Assembly: GCF_009914755.1 (NCBI RefSeq)
Contig: NC_060936.1
From: the human T2T-CHM13v2.0 reference genome, Homo sapiens
Direction: 5' to 3' (one strand)
DNA length: 64,000 nt
The stretch's first letter is position 1. Each line of letters opens with the position of its first letter. A program made the translations under genes and the position numbers. The notes under the pieces were generated by a model. That model did not search any database. It saw only the letters and a program-made list of their open reading frames with translations, and was not told the origin of the DNA. This document shows, one piece after another, positions 1 through 13,455 of this stretch.

Positions 1-310
1 TTTCCTTAGGATAATCTTTTTTCACATACATATATACTTAAAGGTAACTATTTATTTATTCATGATTTAGCTTTTTCCTCTCTAGACTAAATAAATATAA
101 TCTCCTTAATTTTCCCCCACTGGTTTGATTTTCTTCATAATTATTTTTGTAGTGCTCCCTAGGAAACCCACTTTAATTTCTGCATGTGCATTTTAAAGGG
201 TGGATTCCCATATTGATCACATTACTCTACTAAGGGCCTGACCAGTACCAAGTATGCCTGGATGATCTGCAGCTCTTTGCTGGCTGCGCTTTCTAACAGA
301 AAGCTGAGTT

Positions 311-640
311 CAGGTTGAGCATCCCTAATCTGAAAATTCGAAATCTGAAATGCTCCAAAATCTGAAGCTGTTTGAGGGTCAACATGATGCCACAAGTAGA
401 AAATTCCACATCTAACCTCATGTCAAAACTTTGTTTTGTGCATAATAGTATCAAAAAATATTGTATGAAATTACCTTCAGGTTATGTGTATAAGGTGTGT
501 AATAAATTTCATGTTCAGACTTGGATCCCATGCCCAAGATATCTCATTATGCATATGCAAATATTCCCAAAACCTGAAAAAATATCCAGTGTCTGAAACA
601 CTTCTGGTCCCAAGCATTTTGGATGAGGGATACTGATCTG
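311..640. mobile_element. Tigger4/MER46 (Zombi) TcMar-Tigger non-autonomous DNA transposon
   Basis: Begins CAGGTTGAGCATCCCTAATCTGAAAATTCGAAATC and ends GGTCCCAAGCATTTTGGATGAGGGATACTGATCTG followed by TA; degenerate terminal inverted repeats. Confidence 0.8.
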
Positions 641-1639
641 TATTATGTTAACATTTCCAAAGGCATTATTGCCAGTTTTCTGGACTGTCAACAGCTAAGA
701 TTGAATCTCACTCACACAAACTGCCATAAGCCAGCTGAACTAATACCCTATATTCTCTTTTTAAAGGTGTCTGCTCATATGCTTTTAAGACATTTAGATT
801 TCTTCTTTTATTACTGAATTCTCTTCCTTGTGGTTTGAGGTTTTTATTTTAATATTTCTCTATTGTGACATTATTATTTGTATTGATTTTAAGAGTTCCC
901 TTTATAATAAGGATTTTAACTCTTTGATGGTTATGTATTTTTTTTAAGTTTGTATGCAATCAAATATATTGCCAATTTTTTCTTTGCTTTTTCTTCCATT
1001 GTTTTTTTCACAAAGTCCTGGTTTCAAGCCCAAGATCAATGAATAATTATCTAATTTGTTTTAACTTTTTCAGGATTTCACACTAATTTGCAATCAACAT
1101 TTTAATCACATAGCATTAACTTTGGTATTTATCTTCGTGTGCAATATGGTAAAAAAAAATCTCACGTATTTGTGTGTGAAAGAGAATTTGCCAGATTTTC
1201 CAGTTCACCCCTTTTCCACTGGTTTGTGTACTTTCTTTATCATATTTGAAATTCTTACATAAAGATATATGCTTCAGCGTTACCTGTTGATCAATCGAAG
1301 TATAAATATAGTTTATATACATGTGGCTCTTAAGAAATAAACCCTCCAGGCGAAACATAGGCAAAGACTTCACAAAAACAGAAAGAAAATCCCCAACAAA
1401 TGTGAAAAGATTCAATTTCATAAGAAATCAAAAAATTATGTGTAACTTTTTCTATTAAATCAGCAAAAGTTTTTTCAAAATTATTACAATGTTAGTGTTG
1501 TTGAGATTGTTTAAAATTGTACAACTTCAAACACCACTGTTGGTGTTCTTTTTACTAAGATTTTCTTCTGATAATTTTTAAACCAGTAGAAAATCTAAAA
1601 ATATAGTAAAATGAACACCCACATATCCCTCACCTATTC

Positions 1640-2225
1640 TGTGTTAACTTCCCTGGGCCAAGTGGAGCCCAGATTAAACATTATTTCTGAGTTTGTCCAC
1701 GAGCAGGCTTCCAGATGAGATTGATATTTGAGTCAGTGACCTCAGTAAAGAAGACTTGCCCCCGTCCTAGTGGTGGTGGGCCTCATCCAATCAGTTGAGG
1801 ACCTTTGCCTTTCTACTGAATAGAACAAAGAGTGAAGGAGGATTTCATTCTTTTTGCTTCCTACCTGCCTGCTTGATTTGCACACTGATCTTCTGCCCTT
1901 GGGCTTATATTGACACCATCAGCTCTTCTGGTTCTCAAGCCTTCAGGCTTGGATTGGAATTACACCATGGGCTTCCCTGGGTCTCCAGGTTGTAGATGGC
2001 AGATTATGAGACCTCTTATTCCCCATAATTGCATGAGCCAATTCCTCATAATAAACATAAATGTATATAAATATAAATATAAACAAATATAAATACACAC
2101 ACGCATATATATGTGTGTGTATATATATACATATATATGTGTGTGTATGTATTATACACACACCCACACACACACATATATATACGTATTCTATTGGTTC
2201 TATTTCTCTGACAAATCCTAATATG
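1640..2225 (+). mobile_element. MLT2-family (ERVL) solo LTR with internal TA/TG microsatellite
   Basis: MLT2 motifs GTGGGCCTCATCCAATCAGTTGAGG, CCTGGGTCTCCAG, TGAGCCAATTCCTCATAATAAA, then a (TA/TG)n tract and CTATTGGTTCTATTTCTCTG. Confidence 0.75.
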
Positions 2226-2744
2226 TCTATACTGTAAATATTTGTCATATTTGCTTTCTCTTTCTCTCTGTCTCTTTTCTTTCTCTTTCTCTCTCTTACT
2301 GCATGTGTGCATGTGTGTATGTATCTGTGGGTTTATGTATATACAAATATGTGTGTTTATATGTGTAATATATATAACATTTTTGCCGTACCACCTGAAA
2401 GTTAGTTGCAGACATGATACTTCACCTTTAAAGATTTTAACCTGCAATGGTTGGTGTTTTAAACACGAACTATATCTTTTAAAACAATTTGGAAACATGC
2501 ATCACAACCTTCAAGATGTAAAACTGGCATAATAATTTCACTTGTAAGCATTTGTTTAAAATATATTTTATTTTCATTTCTCAATTTTGAGCCTACTTCT
2601 CATGATATCCAGTATAACATTAGTTTCTTATTTATGATTCAATAGAAAAGTACTCACATAATTATAAAGGAGACACATAAAATTAATTTTAGCTTTTGAC
2701 ACTAAGGAAATACATGTGATAGCTTTTTCTCCAGAAATTTGTTC

Positions 2745-3645
2745 TTTCATTTATTTATGTATCCCACTAATATGTACTGAGCACTGTACTATAGCGAGAT
2801 AAATAAGATGTGGACTAACTCTCCAGAGGTTGTCATCATGAATGGCTTTTTAGGCCACATCTAGAAATTTAGCCTTTTCTTAGACAAGGAAAAGGATTGA
2901 AGGATTTTAGATATAGATCTAACTTGATTTGCATTTTGGAAAGATCATTATAAATACAACTCATAAGATAGATTCAACGGGAAAAAGATTTGTTAAGAAA
3001 AGTAATTGAGAGGCTGCTGTAGTAATACAGGTGGTTGGATTGAGAACTGAGATAAGCAGATAGATTTAAGAGAAATAAACAAGAGAGAAATAATAGGAGA
3101 TGAAGATTTGTTGAACATCTGATTAAATGAAAAGGAGGACTGAAGAGTCCCCACCAGGTTTCTGGATGTGGGCTGCTGGGTTGGTGGTCATGCCATCCCT
3201 GGCTAGGGAAATAGAAACACATAGTTTAGGGAGGAAGGGCAGTCCACTCAGGAGTTCAGTTTGGCATATGTGAGATGTTCAATAGGCAGGAGACTGTGTG
3301 AGTTTTGATATGGACCTGGAAGACATCAGTGTATATTCACAAGTTAATGTCATAGGTGTAAACAAAATCATCTAAGAACAGTGTGGAAGGTAAGAAGAAA
3401 ATTGAGGCTGGATCTCTAAAAAACAGTTATATTCAAAATTTAGACAAATGAGATGATGAACAGGAGCAGTCAGAGAAGTAAGAGGGCACACAGAAAAAAA
3501 TCAGTGATAGAGAAGCCAGAGGAAGATATGGTTTTAAGAAGGCAGAGTCACAGTGGTGCCCCACACTTCACAGAGGTCAAGAAGATAAGAGCTGGAACAG
3601 TCATTTGACTTTAGCCACAAGGAACTCAATGGGGACTTTTTGTCT
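2745..3645 (-). mobile_element. L2 LINE fragment, continuing at about 3880-3923 and 4913-5400
   Basis: TTCATTTATT-type tail and purine-rich degenerate L2 motifs (GGAGTTCAGTTTGGCATATGTGAGATG, GAGAAGCCAGAGGAAGA, GAGGTCAAGAAGATAAGA). Confidence 0.6.
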
Positions 3646-3648
3646 AGA

Positions 3649-3877
3649 GCAAGTTTCTCAACCTTGGCACCATTGACACATAAGGCTGAATAACTTTATG
3701 ATGGGGGGCTGTCCTGTGTATGATGGAATGATTAGCAAAATCCTTAGCCTCTACACATTAGATGACAGGACCAACCCCATTTCCCCTGTCCATCTCCCAT
3801 TTGTGCCAACCTAAATTGTCTCCAGACATTGCCAAATGTCCCTTAGGATGCAAATCACCCCAAGTTGAGAACCACCA
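3649..3877. mobile_element. MER20 (hAT-Charlie) DNA transposon
   Basis: CAAGTTTCTCAACCTTGGCACCATTGAC ... TGTCTCCAGACATTGCCAAATGTCCC ... GTTGAGAACCAC; TIR-like ends. Confidence 0.85.
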
Positions 3878-3923
3878 GCCAGAGTAATTTCAGTAGAAAG
3901 ATTAAAAATAAAGCCAGACTGCA

Positions 3924-4912
3924 GCAGGTGCCATCATGGCAGACACAAGTCAAGTCCTCCTTGGTTCTGGTCTCACCATCCTGTCCCAGCTGCTCATGCG
4001 GGATATAAGCCTCTTCCTCCAAAAATAGGATGCAATATTTTTGGATGGCAAGTATTTCAACTTCCTGGTCTCTTTTGTTACACTCAACACATTGCCAGTA
4101 TCAATGAGAGGTATGGGTTTTTCACAGGCTTAACTCCAAGACTGTGTTCGGGAGGCCTTCAAACTGTGGCCCATGGAAAAGTTTTACAGCATTCCCAGGA
4201 GTGTGATGAGGACCTGGAAATGTGCATAAGGAAGTCTCATCTTCCTTTGACTGAGTTATCAAGGAGACAGCTTGAGAGATGATGGCTCATTCTGCTGCTA
4301 TCCTCATCACATATCCCTTCCATGTGATCACTCTGAGACCTGTGGTACAATTCATTGGCAGAGGACCTAAGTACTGTGGACTTTGTGACTTCATGACCAT
4401 CTATCAGAAAGAGGGCATCCTAGGGTTTTTCCCAGGACTGGTTCCTCACCTCCTAGGTGACATCATTTCTTTGCGGCTGTGTAGCTCACTGGCCTACCTC
4501 ATCAATACCTATGCACTGGACAGCAGGGTTTCTACCATGAATGAAATAGAGTTATTCTCAAGCTGTCACAAGATTTTTGCTGGCATGTTGACCTGTCCCT
4601 TTGTGCTTGTCTCTAATCTTATGGCTGTCAACAACTGTGGTTTTGCTGGTGGATGCCCTCTTTACTCCCCAATGTATACTGCATGGATAGATTGTTGATG
4701 CATGCTACAAAAGCAGGGAAATATAAGCCCAGGAAATAGCTTGTTTTTCCAGAAGTTCCTCTTAAGGAAGACTTATTCGTGTGATTTGAAGATGTGGGGC
4801 AGAGACAGTGATATTTCTATAGTCCTAGATACGCAAAATTATGGCAGAAAATGTTGATTTCCATACAGTGTGATGCACTTTTATAACAATCATTTAATCT
4901 TGGGGAAAAAAA
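3924..4912 (+). pseudogene. MTCH2: Processed pseudogene of MTCH2 (mitochondrial carrier homolog 2)
   Basis: ATG at 3936 reads MADTSQVLLGSGLTILSQ (MTCH2 N-terminus). ORF 4279-4698 matches MTCH2 (PFHVITLR, QFIGR, KYCGLCD, GILGFF, PFVLVSNLMAVNNCG, WIDC). Intronless, with frameshifts, in-frame stops (TGA 4252-4254, TGA 4696-4698), a 3'UTR piece and a short A tract at 4906-4912. Candidate TSD CAGACTGCA (3915-3923) / CAGACCGCA (4913-4921), interrupting an L2. Confidence 0.95.
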
Positions 4913-5074
4913 CAGACCGCAAAGGGTTATGAGTGAGCAGGTAGTGCAAAGTGAAGTCAGCAACTTAGCTGGAAAAATAAAGAAGGAGAGAGAGAGATAG
5001 TAACTAGAAGAGAATGTATGATTAATGGAGGATTTGGGTTTTTTTTGTTTTTGTTTTTTAAGATGAAAGAGGCT

Positions 5075-5151
5075 AGAACGTGCTTAAATGATGACAAGAA
5101 GATCCAACAAAGAACGTGCTTAAATGATGACAAGAAGATCCAACAAAGAAC
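5075..5151. repeat. Perfect 36-bp tandem duplication
   Basis: AGAACGTGCTTAAATGATGACAAGAAGATCCAACAA twice (5075-5110, 5111-5146), plus AGAAC. Confidence 0.95.
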
Positions 5152-5546
5152 CTATATTTGAAAGTGGCTAACAGATGGAGCAAAGTCTCTAGGGAAACAG
5201 GAGAGAATGGGGTGCAGAGAATCTCCTGAACAGGTTTTCCTTAGGGATAGCTTTATAATGTTGGGAGGGACTCAGGACTTTCAAAGAATTTCCCTCTGTT
5301 TGCCTTTATTGTTTCTGTGAAATAGGGAACAATCTGGAGAGTGAGAAGAAAGTAGAAAGGCAAAGGCCCTATGACAGTGAAAGTTTTTAAGTGGCCCTGA
5401 TTGGAACCCAGATAATTCTTTTCAGGAGACATAGACAACACAGTTGAAGTTGGAGATCATGAATGGTCAGTGATAAAAATGCTCTTAACGCCATTTTTCC
5501 CCCCAGCAGTTTTCAGTAGCCCAGGAACAGATATGCAGGAGATTAA

Positions 5547-5819
<273 letters not shown>

Positions 5820-5939
5820 TAGGAAATGGATTGCTCTAAATGCTCATCTGGAAGAACAAACCTGCAATATGACCTTATATCACATATAAAATGTATATAA
5901 CATATTATATTACATGTATTATATTATTATTCCACAGTT

Positions 5940-6676
5940 TAAAGACTTAAACAATAAGACAAAAAAATAGAAAATGTATAAAATAATTTATATAATCTAG
6001 AGAAGAAAGGTCTTCCTAAAAGTAAAGCACGATGCCCAGAAATCATACATAAAAAGAGTTATATTTAACTATGTGCATTTTGAAAAAATTTTCAAAGCAA
6101 ATAAATGATACCATTAAACAAAGTTAAAAGGTAAAACACAGGCTGCAGCGCATATGATAAAGAGCTCCCACAAATCAATAAGCAAAGTGCTAACATCCCA
6201 GTGGAAAATGGGCAAATATATAAACAATGTTATCACAAAGGGAAATTCAAAGGATAATAAATATATGAAAATATACACAACCTAACAAGTAGCTACAGAA
6301 ATGCCAATTAAAATATATTGATGAGATTCCATTTTTTGCCTATCAAATTGGCAAAAATTAAAGGATATGTTCAATTTCAGTGAGAAAGTGAGGTATTGGA
6401 AATTGCTATTCTCTTTTGGGAAATCAATAGCAACATATACTAAAGGGTAAAACACATATGAGGAGACATGGCCAATATCATATTTGAGAGAAACAAAAGC
6501 ACTAACATTTATGTGTGTAGGTGTAAGTATAAGTGTGTATGTATACACTTATAAATGCATATAAATATAAGAATCTTTATTGTAGCATTCTTAAAGAAAT
6601 CACAAAAATAGGCTGATTGTCCAAAAATGGGAAATAATTGAATTAGCTACGAGACATTTATACAACAGAATATTAT
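5940..6676 (+). mobile_element. Old L1 (L1M/L1ME) 3' region, resuming after LTR8 at about 7392-7520
   Basis: Degenerate ORF2 3' motifs (AAATCAATAAG, AAAATGGGCAAA, CCTATCAAATTGGCAAAAATTAAA); ATACAACAGAATATTAT|GCTAC is split by the LTR. Confidence 0.65.
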
Positions 6677-7391
6677 TACGACCACCCAACGGGTTCACCT
6701 TGCGCACTGCCTAGACAGAGCCAATTTATCAAGACAGAAAAATTGCAATAGAGAAAGCATTTAATCAATGCAGAGCCACTGTACAGGAGACCAGAGTTTT
6801 ATTGTTACTCAAATCAGTCTCCCTGAAAATTCGGGGATCAGAGTTTTTAAGGATAGTTTGGCTAGTGGGGTGCCGGGGGTGGGAATACTGATTAGTTGGG
6901 TCGGAGATGAAATCATAGGGAGTCAAAGCTGTCCTCTTGCACTGAGTCAGTTGCTGGGTGGGAGCCACTCGTAGCGATCTGGGCGGTGCCAGCTGATCCA
7001 TCAAGTGCAGGGTCTGCGAAATATCTCAAGCACAGATTTTCAGTTTTACAATAGTGATGTTATCCCAAGGAGCCATTTGGAGGAGTTTAGAATCTTGCAG
7101 CCTCCAGCTGCATAACTCCTAAACCATAATTTCTCATCTTGTGGCTAATTCATTAGTCCTGCAAAGGCAGTCTAGTCCCCAGGGAGGAAGGAGGTTTGTT
7201 TTGGCAAAGAGTTGTTATTATCTTTGTCTCAAAGTTGAACTATAAACTAAGTACCTCCCAAAGTTAGTTCAGCCTATGCCCAAGAATGAACAAGGACAAC
7301 TTGGAGGTTAGAAGCAAGATGGGGACGGTTAAGTCAAATTTCTTTTACCATCATAATTTTCTCAGTTACAGTTTTTGCAAAGGCAGTTTCA
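6677..7391 (-). mobile_element. LTR8 (ERV1) solo LTR
   Basis: Reverse complement begins TGAAACTGCCTTTGCAAAAACTGTAACTGAG and ends TGAACCCGTTGGGTGG; 4-bp TSD TTAT (6673-6676 / 7392-7395). Confidence 0.85.
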
Positions 7392-8552
7392 TTATGCTAC
7401 TATAAATATAATTGGTAGGCTCTATATTAGTTGACCTGGAGAGACATCCAGATGAAATATTAGTGAAAGAAAACAAGTTTCAAATGTATGTAAGTTGGGT
7501 GATTTCATCAACACACATATATGGAGCATGCATTTATGTTTCTTTGTATGAGCATGAAGAAAAATAGACATAGGACCATAGGTCATACCATGGCTGATGG
7601 GACTGTATATTGCCATCTTCTTTCAGGAAATTTGTTTTTGAAAGGAGTAAAAATAGGTTGGATGGGATAAGAGAAGATTGTCAACTTTTTCTCTATAAAT
7701 TTTAGGTTGGATTCAAAGCATGCGTCACATTAATAACTTTTAAAAATTGAACTAAAAAATACAAGACTAAAGCATGAAATGATAATTCACAAACTGTCAA
7801 GAAAGCAGAAGATATTGGCGATGATCCATTCTCATTTTTCTATATAAGTATAATATATAGAAACATTGTTAAAATGAAAGCACATATCACATCTCACTAC
7901 TTAACGAAAGAATTGCTTTCATGTCAGAAGTCTCAATTTGCGCCTGAGTAGATTTGCCACCATAGTATTCAGACATGTCTGGACACGTGTAGAGGCTAAG
8001 GGTTCAGGCCCACTGGGGGTTGATTTGAATGAGGGAAGACTAAGGAGTCTCCTAAGAAAATCTCATCTTAAACTAGTTAGAGTTGGACATATGTTTTTGG
8101 TCAAACAATATTGAAAGGGATGGCATGATTTTAAGCACAGCATAAAGACAAAAGGTAAACATCCTTACTATTTAATGTTTTCCCACCCAATCCCTATGTC
8201 TGAGTTCTAGGACCAGGTACAGTTGTATTAATTGAATTGATAGACTCCACACAGAAACATCTCTGAGATGCTGAGGAGGCAAGAAAGCAATTCGGGGACC
8301 TGTGTAAAGTGTGGCACTAAAGAGGGTGCCAGCGTGGTGGGATTTCAGGGGCATTCAGCGGGGGAATGGGCCTCAGCAAAGCTTGTTGGAGGCAGAGGGA
8401 AGCCCCTCTACATTCTGCTTTATTCACTTGACATTAAAACTACACATTTCTCTCCATTTCTATGGTCTTATCTGTCATTTTTAATGAATAAATACTATTT
8501 TATTGATATATGTATAGATATTTATTAACCTCTTATCTGTTTTTTTTTTAAC

Positions 8553-8921
8553 TGTTTGAGTTAATTTGGACTGCTATAACAGAATACCGTACACTGAGCG
8601 GTTTATAAACAACAGAAATTTATCTCTCATAGTTCTGGAGACTGGGACAGCCAACATCAAGGTACTGGCAGATTCAGTGTCTGGTGAGGGCACCCTTCTT
8701 GGTTCATAGACAGCTGTCTTCTCTCTGTGTCCTCACATGGTGGAAGAGGCAAGGAACCCTCTGAGACCTCTCTTCTGAGAACACTAATCCCATTCATGAG
8801 GATTCCTCCCTCATCACCTAATCACCTCCCAAAGACCTCACCTCCTAATACTATCACCTTGGGGGTTAGGATCTCAACAGATGAATTTCAGAGGGCAGGG
8901 CCTAAACATTCAGGCCATAGC
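8553..8921 (-). mobile_element. MLT1A-type MaLR solo LTR
   Basis: CTGCTATAACAGAATACC, AACAACAGAAATTTAT, GTCCTCACATGGTGGAAG, CTAATCACCTCCCAAAG, AAACATTCAGGCCATAGCA. Confidence 0.85.
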
Positions 8922-11398
8922 ATCTACTATTACAGAACTTCATATGTATGGCTTTGTTTTGATGCTCAATTATCTCAATTATTTTCTTAAATTCCCAAGA
9001 GCATACACTGACAAGCTCAAAAGATTTGAACATTTGCCTGTGTATAGTGATACACTAGACATAGTCATGTTATTTTTCGAAAGCATTGAAGCAATTTAGC
9101 ATGCCATCAGCAAAGCTAAAGTTATCAAAATTTTGTCACAGATTGGACAGCTAGGTTTTATCTTTTGCATTTAAAAAATATTTATTGAGTATCTACTATC
9201 TACTATGATCAGACACTCCTCTGCATATTTCCCTCAAGTTCCCATGTGGCTTCCTGAGTCCTAGGATGATGGTCCTAAGCACTATGTTCTGTAAGCACCA
9301 TACAAAATGTACTCACAGCCAAGAAAAATCCACCTGCCATGGGATCCTGTTTTCCCTATGAGGAGACCTTCTCTTTTCCAGTGGCTCTTTGGGAGACACT
9401 GTCTCCATCTTTCCATTACCTGCAGAAGCAGTTTCCCTCCTTGCCACTAAGGTTGATTTTCTAGGACAACTCTTCCAATTCTTTTTATATCCAGGGCTGT
9501 TTCCTCCCTCAGTGTTTCCTTCCTTTCTACCTCCTGGAGTAGAGCACCCTCCTAGAGAGAGACAGAAGTCCTGGGTAACCACATCCTGCCATAACCTAGG
9601 ATCAATGTGATTCTCCAGTCCCCAGAGACCCACTGGACCTAGGTGGGAGTGAAGTCAGCCCCGCCTTTCCCTGTGCCCAAGCAGGTCCCCAAGACGCCAG
9701 CCCTGCTCCCTCCTAGAAGCTAGTCTTCCTCTGTCCTTCCGACAGCCTGCACTTTGGGAAGAACTGGCCCACTACTTTCAGCTCTCCAGTGGGAGTTTTC
9801 ACCATAGATGATAGCCTCTGTTTGTCATGTTTGTTGTGATTCTTTCCCATCTGCTGACCTAAGTTATTTTGTTCTTCTTGTTGTTGCTCATATGTTTGCA
9901 ATCCTTTATGTAGCCACATTTGTCAGTCTTTTTCTTTGTGATTTCTTCTGGCACTTCAAAGTACAATTTTTTTTAAAAAAAGACAGTGTTTTCTCCAAAG
10001 ATCTGACAATCAATAACTTACATTTTCTGCAATATTTTCTATTATCTAATACTTTAGCCATATAAAATTTATTTTAATCATAGGGTATTAAATTGCTGTA
10101 TTAAATTGATTTTTTCAAAGAGAGATCTAGATAAGAATACTAAACAATCTGTTTTAAATAATTCTTTATTTTATTGTTTTTCAAAGATGCCTCTTGTTAT
10201 CTGTTATATTCTTATATACAATATGTTTACTTCTGAACTGTGCTGTTCCATTTAACTGTATGCTTATTGGGGGAAGATATACCTCCATTTACTGTTCTCT
10301 TTGCAAAATACAAGTTAATGCTCTTAGGTGAGCATGGGGGTGGTAAGTGCTAAATAAATGACATCTATTTTTGCAAATAAAAATTACAATTATGTTAAGT
10401 TCAAATATCCTATGGAGATTTTTGAGGTGGACTATAGTCAACCTATAAATTTGTTGAATGAGATAGAAGGCTTTCTGATTGATCATTATTTTCAAGGATA
10501 ATAGTACACCTTTCCATTCATCTTCTCTAATATTATTCAGTAAAGTTTTATACTTTTGTTTCTATTAGATAAGACATGCAACTGTTTCATAAGAATTCTT
10601 ATTGTTAAATAATTTAGATAATATTATATTATTCTGGTAAAAATAAAAGGACTCCTGGTATATATTTATATATATGGCATTCATCTGTCCATTTTATTGA
10701 TGCCTATAGTTATTTTATTTTTTAGATTATTTCTTATAGTTTTTAAAAGTATACAATCATAACATCTAAAAATGATATTTCAATTTTGTTTTCCAGTATT
10801 AACTCTTCTGAGTTTTTTTAATATTTTCTTGCATTGACCACAACTTCCAAAGTTGTGGTCATATGTATATGCATTGATGAAACCCATATGAGAATGGTTG
10901 CCTTGGTTTTCTTACTGATTTGAAAGGGAAACTTTCTAACAGGAAGAAGAAAAGGAGGCTTTTGAATAAGACTTGAAGGTTGCTTAATGCTGATGGTGTC
11001 TCTTACAAGCTAGAAATACAGAACAAATTCCACAACCTCCCTGAATCCCAGTTCCTTCACCAGGAAGATGATGATATGAATACATCTCACAATGTCATAG
11101 GAATAACTGAGATATCATTTGCAAAGGGCCTGGCACTCAAGGCAGATACAATACATTTTACTTTTATCTAGTAAAAGAGTTGAGATTTAAAGCCAGATCT
11201 ACCTGACTTCAGGCCCACACACATAACCCTGTGCTCTGCAGCCTCTTCAGGAGGAATTCCATTTATGCGTAGGCCATGCCCATGTATGGAAACAAACACA
11301 GCCACAGATGTCTAGGTCTATTAGCCACAACAAAATAAACCCTGAAAACTAAGCTACCTCTCTGTGAATATACCAGCTTCCCTTCATGCACAGCATCA

Positions 11399-11889
<491 letters not shown>

Positions 11890-11978
11890 TCAATTTTATA
11901 CAAAATATTAAACAAAGCCAAAAAAAAGAATCCTCTGGCCCAGTTTAAAAGACCATGAGTATTTAATTAACAATTCCT

Positions 11979-12275
11979 GACCAGGCACAGTGGCTCACAC
12001 CTGTGATCTCAGCACTTTGGGAGACCGAGGTGGGTGGATCACGAGATCAGGAGTTCAAGACCAGCCTGGCCAAGATGGTGAAACCCCATCTCTACTAAAA
12101 GTACAAAAATTAGCCAGGTGTCGTGGTGGGTGCCTGTAATCCCAGCTACTCAGGAGGCTGAGGCGGAGAATTGCCTGAACCTGAGAGAGAGAGGTTGCAG
12201 TGAGCCGAGATCATACCACTGCACTCCATCCTGGGCGACAGAGCAAGACTCCATCTCAAAACAAACAAAAAAAAA
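11979..12275 (+). mobile_element. AluS, full length
   Basis: Complete dimer; AATTCCT on both flanks. Confidence 0.93.
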
Positions 12276-13219
12276 TTCCTATTCCCTCTACCCTGTATTC
12301 ACTGTTCACTGTACTCTACCCTACAGTGAACAAAAGGTACCTAAGCCAGGACATGCCCCTGAATCTTTTATCCTGATAATCATATTTTCCTAGGCACAAG
12401 GCCTGAGAGTTAACAAACCTGATTTTTTGATAGTATTTGTCCTGGAAAATAAAACAAAATGTCTTTCTTTAAGGGATAGTCTTCCTTTTGTCAAAGTGTC
12501 AAGGGGGAAAAAAGGGGAAATTTTAAAAGCAGCCTATTTCATTGTCACCACTTCATAAACACTGCACTAAAGGGCAAGAGCCACGCTTTATTCCTCTTGC
12601 AAAATCCCAAAGCACCCAGTACAAGGACCTGCACTTAGTAGGCGGACAATTGACATTTGTTAATCAATGTATGAATGATGAGCCAAGTCTCATAGCTTCC
12701 ATGGAGAATCTTAAATGTCACTCCTTTTGAAATGCGACCATGCTTCTCAACCTACTAAAAATTTCTTAATGAACCACCCACAGACACAGTCTTGTGTGAA
12801 TATCTCCTGTGTTCCCCAAATCCTTTGTGACCTATGGACACAATTGCTAAACGTGAGTCATGCTTCTATCACTCCCACACAATGGGTATTTTTAATGCTA
12901 CAGCATTTCCTGAAGTCAAGCGCTCAGGAAATGGTTTTTGCAATAATGACCTCAGCCTCCCCATATTCCCCCCACCCCCCATCACAGAATCCAAGAATAA
13001 CTGAACAGGTGTCCAAATACCCAGAATTACCCAAGAAACCTCACAACCTGTCTTCTGTTTTCTATCAAAGTCATGAGGTTAACCTCTTGTCCTTTGGAGT
13101 TCGAAGGAATGTGTCCAAGAACTGAACACAACCATATCTGTCCTTTATTTATATTGAGACACAGTTTATTTCCAAGACTGTCAATGGTCTCCAGACCCCA
13201 GAACTAAATCTGTATACCA

Positions 13220-13455
13220 TCATGGCTAAAAGTATGAGTTCTGGAATTCAAAAGCCTTAGAGACTGAATTCTGACTCTGCCACTAAGTATGTGGCTTCAG
13301 CCAAGTCATTTAGCCTTTCAGAGCCTCAATATTCTCACCTGTAAAGTGGAAATAATGGAAGAAACTATTTCTTGGAATGTGTGAAAATCACTCACGTAAA
13401 CTGCTGATCTCCAGGCCTGATACACAGCAAAATGCCTAGTACTTGCTAATTGTTA
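13220..13455 (+). mobile_element. MIR SINE
   Basis: GAATTCTGACTCTGCCACT ... CAAGTCATTTAGCCTTTCAGAGCCTCAATATTCTCACCTGTAAAGTGG core. Confidence 0.75.

Noticed and set aside
1943-2532. Overlapping ORFs of 96-150 aa
   Set aside because: Artefacts of TA/TG/CT low-complexity tracts (HTHI, VCVC repeats).
4279-4698. 139-aa MTCH2-like ORF as a functional gene
   Set aside because: Upstream frameshifts and stop, premature TGA, no introns, A tract and TSD all indicate a processed pseudogene.
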